Shown here: positions 9,158 through 17,914 of the stretch, one piece after another
Position numbering within the stretch: position 1 is the first letter of the stretch
How the letters are laid out: each line of letters opens with the position of its first letter
Assembly: GCA_022702045.1 (NCBI GenBank)
Contig: JAKONH010000477.1
Span: 1 to 48,992 of the forward strand
Origin: Spirosomataceae bacterium
GTDB lineage: Bacteria > Bacteroidota > Bacteroidia > Cytophagales > Spirosomataceae
DNA: 48,992 bases
Reading direction: 5' to 3'
The notes under the pieces: model-generated
The model's database searches: none
The model's input: the letters and a program-made list of their open reading frames with translations, nothing else
What the model was told of the DNA's origin: nothing
Program-made: the position numbers and the translations under genes

Positions 9158-10561
9158 ATGCGACAACATATGCTTGCCTTGTTTTTTTGTTTAGTCAGTA
9201 CGGTGCTTATCGCCCAGAAGAAAGTCTCTGCTGTGCCTGCGTTGACCGCCGATCACTGGACGTTTGCTTCGCAAAAAGTAGCATTCGTGCAGGAAGACGG
9301 CCGCTCGGTGATGAAATTGGCGCCCGATGCCGGCCCCGTGATCACCAAGGATTTCGTCTTCAAAGACGGCACAATCGAGTTCGACGTGAACCCCACTGCA
9401 TTCACTTTTTATTTCCGCCATCGGGATGCCGCCGAAAACGAATGCATCTATTTCCGCATGACACAGGAGGGTAAACCCTCGCTTGGCGACGCCGTTCAAT
9501 ATGCGCCTTATGTAAAAGGCGTTTTGCTGTGGAATACCTATCCGCAGTACCAGACCAGTGCGTCGTTTACCCAGCGCGCATGGAACCACGTAAAGCTGGT
9601 GGTGTCGGGTGCTCAGATGCGCCTGTACATCAACGAGACCACCACACCAACACTGGCTGTCGGGCAGCTGGAAGCCAATACGACAGACGGACGAATGGGG
9701 TTTGAGGGCGAAATGAGCGTAGCAAACCTTGTTGTAACGCCGGATCAGGTCGCTGGTCTCTCACCAGAAGCCAGCGTTGATCCGGTTCGTTACGACCCGC
9801 GCTATATCCGAAGCTGGGCGGTGAGCGACCCCTCCGTCACGCCAAAGAATGTCGATTTCGGCGAAACGTTCCTGCCGACGCCGGAAACAAAATGGCAGGT
9901 GCTGACCACCGAGCGACAGGGGCTGCTAAACCTGACCCGCACGTTTGGCAAGAGTACCGAACGGCGGTTTGTCTGGCTGAAACTGGCGATTAAGTCGGAC
10001 ATTGCCCGGAAGCGAAAGCTGAATTTCGGATTTGTCGACGAAGCGTGGGTATACCTGAACGGGCAACTAGCTTACCTGGACAAGAATCGCTACGGGCGAC
10101 CAATCGCCAAGGAACCGGATGGGCGTTGTTCCATCGAAAACACATCGTTTATGCTTCCGTTGCGGGCGGGGCATAATGAACTGCTCATCGGACTGGCCAA
10201 CGATTTCTACGGGTGGGCCGCTATCGCCCGAATCGATGACCTGAACGGGCTGGAGATAGCCCCTGATCCAACGTTCGATTATCGACTCATCAACGTTCCC
10301 GTCCAGACGCTTGACATGTATACGGGAACGTACCTACGCCCCGATGGTAAGAGAATCAGCATTGAGCGCGAGAACAACCGTCTGAAGCTGTCGGGCGAGG
10401 ATTTCATCACCACATTTCTCTACCCTAAAGTCGCAAACCAGTTTTTTACCCGTGAGTATGAGTTTGTCATGGAGTTTCCGAAAGATGCAGGCGGTAAAGT
10501 AAACCGGCTCATTATTCTGAATAATGGTAAGCAACTACTGGAAGTCAAGCGATTAGACTAA
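9158..10561 (+). CDS. Secreted multidomain protein (ConA/DUF1080-like beta-sandwich, jelly-roll-like domain, C-terminal DUF3471-like domain)
   Basis: Signal peptide from ATG 9158; FKDGTIEFDV and WNHVKLVV; GFVDEAWVYLNGQ and LRAGHNELLI; C-terminal LDMYTGTY...FPKDAGGKVNRL. Confidence 0.6.
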   Translation: MRQHMLALFFCLVSTVLIAQKKVSAVPALTADHWTFASQKVAFVQEDGRSVMKLAPDAGPVITKDFVFKDGTIEFDVNPTAFTFYFRHRDAAENECIYFRMTQEGKPSLGDAVQYAPYVKGVLLWNTYPQYQTSASFTQRAWNHVKLVVSGAQMRLYINETTTPTLAVGQLEANTTDGRMGFEGEMSVANLVVTPDQVAGLSPEASVDPVRYDPRYIRSWAVSDPSVTPKNVDFGETFLPTPETKWQVLTTERQGLLNLTRTFGKSTERRFVWLKLAIKSDIARKRKLNFGFVDEAWVYLNGQLAYLDKNRYGRPIAKEPDGRCSIENTSFMLPLRAGHNELLIGLANDFYGWAAIARIDDLNGLEIAPDPTFDYRLINVPVQTLDMYTGTYLRPDGKRISIERENNRLKLSGEDFITTFLYPKVANQFFTREYEFVMEFPKDAGGKVNRLIILNNGKQLLEVKRLD

Positions 10562-10564
10562 ACG

Positions 10565-10616
10565 TTGCGTAGTAGTTCTAAACGGTTTTTGAAAACCGTT
10601 TAGAACTACTACGCAA
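10565..10616. terminator. Perfect 25-bp inverted repeat between convergent genes (bidirectional terminator/REP-like)
   Basis: TTGCGTAGTAGTTCTAAACGGTTTT-TG-AAAACCGTTTAGAACTACTACGCAA. Confidence 0.8.
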
Positions 10617-10623
10617 GAAGCGA

Positions 10624-11889
10624 TCAAACCGTCAGCGTGGCTTCCTGAACGGCGACCGGGGCCGGCTGAATAACCGGTTTGGGTCGACGGGCAGCACGTA
10701 GATGATGGACGTGGAAGGCACCGATACCTAGTGCCAGCAGGCCCTGAAGCAGTACGGTGTTCTGTACACCAATGTGCTGCGACACGATACCCGCCAGCAG
10801 ACTGCCAATTGGCTGCATCCCGGCATTGGCCATGACGAAAAGACTGATTACCCGGCCGCGCATGATCGGGTCCGACTGTGTTTGCAGCAGCGTATTGGTA
10901 ATGGTTATCTGCGACATCATACCGAAGGCACCAACGGCAATCAGCGCGAGTGCCAGCGGATACCAGCCCGTATGGGAAAATAAAATCAGCCCGGAGCCGA
11001 AGATAAATGTGTTGATCGCCAGAACGTTGTTGAGGTTCGTCGTCGGTTTAAGCGAAGCCAGATAAAGGGCACCCACAAACGCGCCCAGTCCGATTGCGCT
11101 ATCAATCAGACCAAACGTCGAGGCTGTACCGTGAAAAATGTCTTTGGCGTAGACTGGCATCAGTGTCGTGAAGGGGAGTACCAGCAGGCTTGTCAAGGCC
11201 AGTCGGGTGATGATAAACCGAATCGACTCTGTATGCTTCGCATAGGAAAATCCCTCTACCAGTTCGCCCAGCATATTTTTGGGATGGGGGCGGGGCGTAA
11301 ACGCGGGCAGTTTGATAAGCAGCAACGAACCAATGACGGCAATAAAGCTCATCGCGTTCAGGCCGAAACAGACTACCTCGCCAAAGTGCTCGATCACAAG
11401 TCCGGCTAGGGCGGGCCCAATCAGTTTCGACAGGTTGACCATCGATGAATTCAGCGCCACCGCATTGGAGAGATCGGCCTTGTTGTCGACCAGTTCGTAT
11501 ACCAGCGACTGCCGGGCTGGTACGTCGAAGCCATTGATAAGCCCCAGCAATACGCTCAGGCCAATGATTGTCCAGACAGCGTCGGCCTGAAAATACACGA
11601 CGACGGTCAGCAAAATGGCCTGCACCATCGATAGGACCTGTGTCAGCAATAGAACTTTATAGCGGTCGTACCGGTCGGACACGACACCCCCGATGGAGGT
11701 AAGCAGCGCCGACGGAAACAACGTGGCAAAGACGCTGACGCCCAGCATCAGTTTGGAATGGGTGGTTGAATAGATGACCCAGCTAACGGCGGTTTTCTGC
11801 ATCCAGGTTCCCAGTAGTGAGAGGGATTGCCCGGCAAAATAAAGGCGGTAATTGCGGCTACCGAAGGCCCGGAAAGTTTGACTGTTCAA
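10624..11889 (-). CDS. MFS transporter (MFS_3/efflux-type)
   Basis: About 12 hydrophobic segments; RNYRLYFAGQ, GGVVSDRYDR, FDVPARQS and MRGRVIS. Start placed at TTG 11889 because the ORF extension upstream runs through a repeat. Confidence 0.85.
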   Translation of the reverse strand: MNSQTFRAFGSRNYRLYFAGQSLSLLGTWMQKTAVSWVIYSTTHSKLMLGVSVFATLFPSALLTSIGGVVSDRYDRYKVLLLTQVLSMVQAILLTVVVYFQADAVWTIIGLSVLLGLINGFDVPARQSLVYELVDNKADLSNAVALNSSMVNLSKLIGPALAGLVIEHFGEVVCFGLNAMSFIAVIGSLLLIKLPAFTPRPHPKNMLGELVEGFSYAKHTESIRFIITRLALTSLLVLPFTTLMPVYAKDIFHGTASTFGLIDSAIGLGAFVGALYLASLKPTTNLNNVLAINTFIFGSGLILFSHTGWYPLALALIAVGAFGMMSQITITNTLLQTQSDPIMRGRVISLFVMANAGMQPIGSLLAGIVSQHIGVQNTVLLQGLLALGIGAFHVHHLRAARRPKPVIQPAPVAVQEATLTV

Positions 11890-11925
11890 TTCGTACTCGG
11901 TCAATAAGTGGTTGTATTCTATACT

Positions 11926-12000
11926 GGAAGAAAGAAGAGAGATGAAAGACAGGGTTAGTAGCGTCGCAAAACTCTTTCTTCTTTTATCTATTCTCTTTCC
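11926..12000. repeat. Purine-rich/pyrimidine-rich imperfect inverted repeat
   Basis: GGAAGAAAGAAGAGAGATGAAAGA... followed by ...TCTTTCTTCTTTTATCTATTCTCTTTCC between MarR and MFS. Confidence 0.5.
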
Positions 12001-12002
12001 GC

Positions 12003-12440
12003 TCAATCAACATCAAGTAGCCGGTTTAACGGCCCAAGAGCCCGACGCAACAGCACCTGATCGTCGGGGGTGCAGGTTTGCCGGATGGCATCGGACAGCC
12101 ATTCATCGCGTTCGTGTCGGGTGGTGTTCAAAAACGCCTTGCCCGCTTCCGAGAGCGAGATGCCCACCGTTCGGCGGTCGGTTTCCAGCGGTTGCCGCGC
12201 GATGTAACCCAACTCAAGCAAGTGACCCAGAATCTGCGACATCGACTGCGACGTTACTTTTTCGCGTTTTGCCAATTCGCCTGGCAACAGCATTGGGTGC
12301 TCAGCAAGCAATTTGATCACACTCCGTTCGGTCATCGACAGCGGGCTACGGCCCGACGAATGGCTACGTAGCTTTTTCGTTAGTCTTGATACAACCGTGC
12401 GCAGATCGGATGCTAACTGTGAATCGTCGAGGGGTGTCAT
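12003..12440 (-). CDS. MarR family transcriptional regulator
   Basis: 145 aa; GELAKREKVTSQSMSQILGHL, DRRTVGISLSEAG; upstream of MFS. Confidence 0.9.
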   Translation of the reverse strand: MTPLDDSQLASDLRTVVSRLTKKLRSHSSGRSPLSMTERSVIKLLAEHPMLLPGELAKREKVTSQSMSQILGHLLELGYIARQPLETDRRTVGISLSEAGKAFLNTTRHERDEWLSDAIRQTCTPDDQVLLRRALGPLNRLLDVD

Positions 12441-12695
12441 ACTGATTCAGTAAATTACGTAAGTTACCTTACTAATACGACATAAGCTGGACCTGATTAG
12501 TGCCGTAGTCGTCAACTTTTTTTGTCGAATAATTCGCTCGGATAACTAGCAGTAGTCAATGGTTTTTACCGTATTGTTAACCGATCATTTGCTCATCTAT
12601 TTGCGGGTAGTAAGCCATTCAACTGATAGTAATGCACCTTATCGACGACGCGCGTACTACTTATTTCTTTTGCCCGATAACCTCAAGGCAGGATT

Positions 12696-12783
12696 GTTAA
12701 ACTTGCGTAAAATTTTGGTAACATTATTCATAAACGATTGATAAACAGGCGGATGTTGTCCGGGTTTGCCGCGGGTACTTTTG
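12696..12783 (+). promoter_or_regulatory. susC promoter: -7 element and helically phased TAA(A/C) repeats
   Basis: TACTTTTG (TAnnTTTG) at 12776-12783; TAA cores at 12698, 12708, 12719, 12731 and 12742. Confidence 0.5.
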
Positions 12784-12813
12784 TGGGTAAATACATACTA
12801 GCCTACAATTTGT

Positions 12814-15800
12814 ATGAAGCAATCTCTCCTCTCAACACGACTGATCAGTTGCTCCCGCATCCTTGCGGGCATACTGCTGCTGATTAGTCTCAGCGCCCTG
12901 CCGAGTCTGGCGCAGACGGTTACTGGTCGCGTAACCTCCGCCGAGGATCAGCAGCCGCTGCCGGGCGTCTCCATTCTGGTGCAGGGCAGCAACGCCGGCA
13001 CGACGACCCGTGAAGACGGCACGTACAGTCTGAACGTCAGTAATCCGGCCAGTGCGACGCTGACGTTTTCGTTTATTGGCTACGACAATCAGCGCGTGGC
13101 TATCGGCAATCGCTCGGTTATTAACATCGCACTGAAAGCCGGTACGGCCAACCTCAACGAAATTGTGGTAACGGCACTCGGTATCAAGAAAGACATTCGG
13201 CAAACGGGCGTTGCCATTCAGACTGTCGATGGCAATCAACTGCTCAAAGCGCGTGAGCCGAACCCGATCAACTCGCTGACGGGTAAGGTGGCCGGTCTGA
13301 CCATCGGTAGCTCGGCCGAACTGCTGGGTCGTCCCAACATCTCGTTGCGTGGTAATTCCGATGTCCTGTTCGTTGTCGATGGTATTCCCATCACGTCGGA
13401 TACCTGGAACATCAGTGCCGACGACATCGATACGTACACGGTGCTGAAGGGCGCGTCGGCGTCGGCCCTGTATGGTTTCCGGGGTAAAAACGGGGCTATT
13501 CTGATTACGACCAAGCGCGGTACGAAAGACAAGCGGGGTTTCTCGGTGGAAGTCAATACAAGTCAGATGTTTGATCAAGGCTTCATCGCCATTCCGAAGG
13601 TGCAGGATGAATACGGTCCGGGCGACCACGGGGTGTATGCCTTCGGTGACGGGAAAGGTAACGGGCTCAACGACGGCGACTATGACATCTGGGGCCCTGC
13701 GCTAAATGGTCAGCTACTGCCTCAGTACGACAGTCCGGTGATTCCGGGACAGTCGTTCACGACGAAATTTCCCAACGGCGCTACCTTCACCAGCAACCGG
13801 CAGCCGACAGCGTTTCTGCCACGTGGTAAAGACAACCTGAGCCGATTTATTCAGACGGGTGTTTTATCGAACAACAATATTTCGGTTGGGGCACAGGGCG
13901 ACAAGTACGATATGCGTTTCTCGACCTCGTATAATTACCAGCGTGGGTTGGTGCCGAATACGAAGCTGAACGTCGTCAACTTTAACCTGACGGGTGGCTA
14001 TACGTTTTCGCCGAAACTGCGGTTCGATGCCAGCATGAATTACAACCGGCAATTCACGCCCAACTTTCCCGACGTGAACTACGGTCCGAATTCGCTGATT
14101 TATAACATAGTTGCCTGGGGTGGCGCCGATTGGAACATCGACGATATGAAGCAGATCTGGCAACCGGGCCGGGAACAAACGCAGGACAAACAGATTTACG
14201 CGGAATATCAGCGGTATAACAATCCCTGGTTTCTGGCAAAATACTGGTTGCGTGGGCATTACAACAACAACCTGTATGGGTATACCTCGCTGAAATACCA
14301 GCTTACTAACAACCTGCAACTGACGGCCAAAACGCAATTGACGACGTACAACCTGTTGCGGACGGAAAAACTGCCGTATTCGGCTACGACATACGGCCGG
14401 GAGGAAGGGCGGGGTGATTACCGCGAAGACCGCCGGAACCTGTTCGATAATATCAATCAGGTGTTGTTGCAATATAACAAGACAATTTCGCGCGATCTGA
14501 CGATAAACGCACTGGCTGGTGGCGAAGCCCGTATCCTGAATTACAATTCTGATTACGCAAGCACCAACTACCTCAACGTACCGGGCGTATATAATTTCGC
14601 CAACTCATCGAACCCGGTGATTGCCAGTAACTTCACGGCAGATATGCGGGTGCTGTCAGCGTATTACTCGGCGGATTTTACGTTCCGCGATTTTGCGACG
14701 CTGACAACCACCGGCCGCGTCGATAAACTCTCGACACTACCAGCCGGCAATAACGCTTACTTCTACCCGTCGGTAGCCCTGAGTACTGTGGTATCGGATT
14801 ATGTGCGATTACCCGCCAGTCTGGGCATTTCGTTTCTGAAAGTACGGGCGAGCTACGCCAATGTGAAAGACGGCCTGACGCAATCGACCATCGGATCGAC
14901 GCCCGGCGCATCGTTCCCCGTTGGCTACGGCGACAACTATTCGTCGTCGTATGGCGGACCGACATACCAAAATTCGGCGGTGTATACGTTGCCGCTGCTG
15001 TACAACAACAAACCCGGCGCATACTACACCAATACGCTGAACAACCCCAACCTGAAGCCGAACTCGACCTCGCAAACGGAAGTTGGACTGGACATTCGGT
15101 TCCTGAACAACCGGCTTGCGCTGGATGCTGCGTATTACGTCAGCAACGACGGACCGCGGATTTTTACGCTGCCTTCATCGGAAGCAACGGGATATACCGG
15201 TCGCCTGGTCAATGGAATCATGACGCAGAAGAAAGGTGGCGAAATCTCACTGACGGGTAAAGCCATCCGCTCAAATACTGGCTTCAACTGGGACGTAGTG
15301 GCCAACTATTCGACCTTCACCGAACGCCTGAAAGAAGTATATCCCGACGGTGGTATCAACACGCTGGCATCCAGCTATTTTGTTGGCAGCAGTAGCGGCA
15401 ACCGCTTTATCAGCGTCGGTGACCGTACGGATGGTTTCTACTCTGGCGCGTTTGTCCGCACACCCGACGGACAGTACATCAATGACGCGGGTGGTCGTCC
15501 AATCGTCAATCCGGTGGCACAGTTCCTGGGCTATGTGAACCCGAAATTCGTCTGGGGTATCAACAACCGGTTCAACTATAAAAATCTGACGTTCAGCTTC
15601 CAGTTCGATGGCCGAGTAGGTGGTGTCATCGGCGACTACGTTCGGCAGAAGACGTTCCAGGGCGGTCGTAATATCGAAACCGTACAGGGCGCATTGGGAA
15701 CGGCCCGTGTCAACGACGTGCAGGGTGTAAAATCGTATGTCGGTAGTGGCGTCGTGCTGACGGGTGGTTCGCTGAATTATGACGTTAACGGTAACGTGTT

Positions 15801-16128
15801 GAACTATGGTGAACTGAACTACGGTGCCAACACCACCGCCACGTTTGCGCAGGATTACGTTGCGCGCATGTATGGTCAGGCTGAATCATTTCTGATGGAC
15901 CGGAGCTTTGCCAAGCTACGCGAAGTCATTATCGGCTATTCGCTGCCAACGAAAACGCTTAGCCGCTTTGGTGTCCGGCAGGCAAGTGTATCGCTGGTCG
16001 GCCGTAACCTGCTCTATTTCGCACAGTACAAGGACATTGACCTCGATCAGTTTCTGACGGGTGGTATCTCCAGCCTGCAAACGCCGACCACCCGTCGGTA
16101 TGGTATCAACCTGAATCTGACATTTTAA
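12814..16128 (+). CDS. SusC/RagA family TonB-dependent outer membrane receptor
   Basis: Signal peptide, CarboxypepD_reg-like N-domain, EIVVTALGI, VVDGIP, VLKGASASALYG...NGAILITTK plug signature, C-terminal INLNLTF. Confidence 0.97.
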   Translation: MKQSLLSTRLISCSRILAGILLLISLSALPSLAQTVTGRVTSAEDQQPLPGVSILVQGSNAGTTTREDGTYSLNVSNPASATLTFSFIGYDNQRVAIGNRSVINIALKAGTANLNEIVVTALGIKKDIRQTGVAIQTVDGNQLLKAREPNPINSLTGKVAGLTIGSSAELLGRPNISLRGNSDVLFVVDGIPITSDTWNISADDIDTYTVLKGASASALYGFRGKNGAILITTKRGTKDKRGFSVEVNTSQMFDQGFIAIPKVQDEYGPGDHGVYAFGDGKGNGLNDGDYDIWGPALNGQLLPQYDSPVIPGQSFTTKFPNGATFTSNRQPTAFLPRGKDNLSRFIQTGVLSNNNISVGAQGDKYDMRFSTSYNYQRGLVPNTKLNVVNFNLTGGYTFSPKLRFDASMNYNRQFTPNFPDVNYGPNSLIYNIVAWGGADWNIDDMKQIWQPGREQTQDKQIYAEYQRYNNPWFLAKYWLRGHYNNNLYGYTSLKYQLTNNLQLTAKTQLTTYNLLRTEKLPYSATTYGREEGRGDYREDRRNLFDNINQVLLQYNKTISRDLTINALAGGEARILNYNSDYASTNYLNVPGVYNFANSSNPVIASNFTADMRVLSAYYSADFTFRDFATLTTTGRVDKLSTLPAGNNAYFYPSVALSTVVSDYVRLPASLGISFLKVRASYANVKDGLTQSTIGSTPGASFPVGYGDNYSSSYGGPTYQNSAVYTLPLLYNNKPGAYYTNTLNNPNLKPNSTSQTEVGLDIRFLNNRLALDAAYYVSNDGPRIFTLPSSEATGYTGRLVNGIMTQKKGGEISLTGKAIRSNTGFNWDVVANYSTFTERLKEVYPDGGINTLASSYFVGSSSGNRFISVGDRTDGFYSGAFVRTPDGQYINDAGGRPIVNPVAQFLGYVNPKFVWGINNRFNYKNLTFSFQFDGRVGGVIGDYVRQKTFQGGRNIETVQGALGTARVNDVQGVKSYVGSGVVLTGGSLNYDVNGNVLNYGELNYGANTTATFAQDYVARMYGQAESFLMDRSFAKLREVIIGYSLPTKTLSRFGVRQASVSLVGRNLLYFAQYKDIDLDQFLTGGISSLQTPTTRRYGINLNLTF

Positions 16129-16130
16129 AA

Positions 16131-16236
16131 TCAGTTTGTGGTTTGTCGTTCGTGGTTGGCTGGCGCGTCCGGTCCTGCCACTGCAAGAACGACAAACCGC
16201 AAACCCCAGCGGGGAACCGCACAAACTACAAACTGA
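16131..16236. repeat. Heptamer-based inverted repeat element between susC and susD
   Basis: Left arm TCAGTTTGTGGTTTGTCGTTC has two complementary partners (16187-16204 and 16221-16236) and is 20/21 identical to 20052-20072. Confidence 0.8.
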
Positions 16237-16237
16237 A

Positions 16238-17803
16238 ATGTCCCTGAAAAAATATAGTCTCTCCCTGCTGGCAGTGCTTTCACTGGCAAGCTGCGAAAAA
16301 CCGTTCGATCAGCTCGAACAGGACCCCAACCGGCCGACGAGTGCTCCTGCATCGCTGGTGTTCAACGGCGTCGTCAACGACATGTACAATGTTGCTGGTG
16401 GTGGTGGCTGGAACGACAACCAACGCTACAATCAGTTCTACGCGAGCAATTATAACTACTACGCGACCAATGACTATGCGTGGACGACAACGGGCCTCAA
16501 CTACACGACGCTGAAAAACGTGGTGAAGATGGAGGAAGAAGCCAAAAAGGCGGGTCTGCCCGACGTCAATGCGTATTCGGCACTAGGCAAGTTTTTCCGG
16601 GCGTATTTTTTTGAAAACATGACCCGGCGTGTCGGCGACATTCCGATGACCGAAGCCTTGCAGGGTCTGGGCAATCAGACACCGAAATACAACACGCAGA
16701 AAGAGGTGTATATCCAGATTCTGAACTGGCTCGATGGAGCTAACGCCGATCTGGCGTCGCTGATTGCCCAAAGCGACAATAACCTGTCGGGTGATATTTA
16801 TTTCAGCAACAGCCTGAGCAAGTGGCAGAAAGCGGTCAACACATACAAGCTGCGTGTGCTGGTAAACCTGAGTCGCAAAGAGTCGGATACGGATCTGAAC
16901 GTGAAATCCCGTTTTGCCGACGTACTCAGCAACCCGACGAAATACCCGATTATGACGTCGTCGGACGATAATCTGCAATATGTCTATAACAGTCAGTTCA
17001 ACAAGTACAACCGGAACCCGGATAACTTCGGCGGAAACGCGACGCGCGAGAACATGGCTGCTACCTACCTCGGTACGCTGACCCGTCTGAACGATCCGCG
17101 TACGTTTGTCGTGGCCGAACCCGCTACGGCCAAGGTGGCGGCTGGTGTGAAACCAACCGATTTTTCGGCCTTCGTCGGCGCATCGTCGGGCGAAGATCTA
17201 GCGACGATGTCGTCGAACGCAACAAAGGGCGTGTACTCGTTTATCAACCGGAAGCACTACTACAGCACGTACACGGCGGAGCCGTATATCCTGATTGGCT
17301 ACCCTGAATTGCAATTCAACATCGCTGAAGCGATAAACCGGGGCTGGGTATCCACAGGTAATGCCGAAACGTACTACCAGAATGGTATCAAAGCGTCGTG
17401 GTCGTTCTACGGAATCACCGATGGCGCCAACACCGTTTACTTCTCAGCCGATGGTGGGTATCGTAACTTCAACACCTACACGGTCAACGTCAGCTTTGCC
17501 GATTACTATGCCCAGTCGGCCGTGAAGTACGCGGGCAGTACAACAGGGCTGTCGCAGATTCTAACGCAGAAGTACCTGGCCTTCGCCCAGAACTCGGGTC
17601 TGGAAGCATTCTACAATCAACGTCGGACAGGTGTACCGACCTTCCTGGTAGGGGCCGGAACCGGCAACAGTCAGCGGATTCCATTGCGCTGGCAATACCC
17701 GGCGACCGAGCGGTCGTATAATACAGCTAACAATACGGCCGCCGTTACCAGTCAATACGGTGGTAATGACGATATTAACGCGCAGATGTGGCTGTTGAAA
17801 TAA
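16238..17803 (+). CDS. SusD/RagB family outer membrane lipoprotein
   Basis: Start ATG 16238; lipobox LASC; GDIPMTEA, YPELQFNIAEA, ILTQKYLA, RRTGVP and IPLRWQYP; follows susC. Confidence 0.95.
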   Translation: MSLKKYSLSLLAVLSLASCEKPFDQLEQDPNRPTSAPASLVFNGVVNDMYNVAGGGGWNDNQRYNQFYASNYNYYATNDYAWTTTGLNYTTLKNVVKMEEEAKKAGLPDVNAYSALGKFFRAYFFENMTRRVGDIPMTEALQGLGNQTPKYNTQKEVYIQILNWLDGANADLASLIAQSDNNLSGDIYFSNSLSKWQKAVNTYKLRVLVNLSRKESDTDLNVKSRFADVLSNPTKYPIMTSSDDNLQYVYNSQFNKYNRNPDNFGGNATRENMAATYLGTLTRLNDPRTFVVAEPATAKVAAGVKPTDFSAFVGASSGEDLATMSSNATKGVYSFINRKHYYSTYTAEPYILIGYPELQFNIAEAINRGWVSTGNAETYYQNGIKASWSFYGITDGANTVYFSADGGYRNFNTYTVNVSFADYYAQSAVKYAGSTTGLSQILTQKYLAFAQNSGLEAFYNQRRTGVPTFLVGAGTGNSQRIPLRWQYPATERSYNTANNTAAVTSQYGGNDDINAQMWLLK

Positions 17804-17823
17804 GCCGTTGCTAACTGTTTTTG

Positions 17824-17865
17824 TTTGTCATCCCGGTGGCCCGGTCCTGCCGTCGGGATGACAAA
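17824..17865. repeat. TGTCAT-type palindromic element
   Basis: TTTGTCATCCCG...CGGGATGACAAA with loop CCGGTCCT. Confidence 0.75.
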
Positions 17866-17914
17866 TAGTTTAGTGATACAGTAGTATGTTCAGTTCTTAA
17901 CGCACCCAGGTCCT

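Noticed and set aside
11890-12006. N-terminal extension of the MFS ORF overlapping MarR
   Set aside because: It runs through a purine/pyrimidine inverted repeat; MFS-like sequence begins near 11889.
12441-12813. Longest spacer considered for a riboswitch or sRNA
   Set aside because: No conserved riboswitch motif or terminator is recognisable by eye; divergent promoters explain it. An Rfam/Infernal scan would be decisive.
16136-16237. N-terminal extension of SusD
   Set aside because: It translates the intergenic repeat; the lipoprotein signal starts at ATG 16238.
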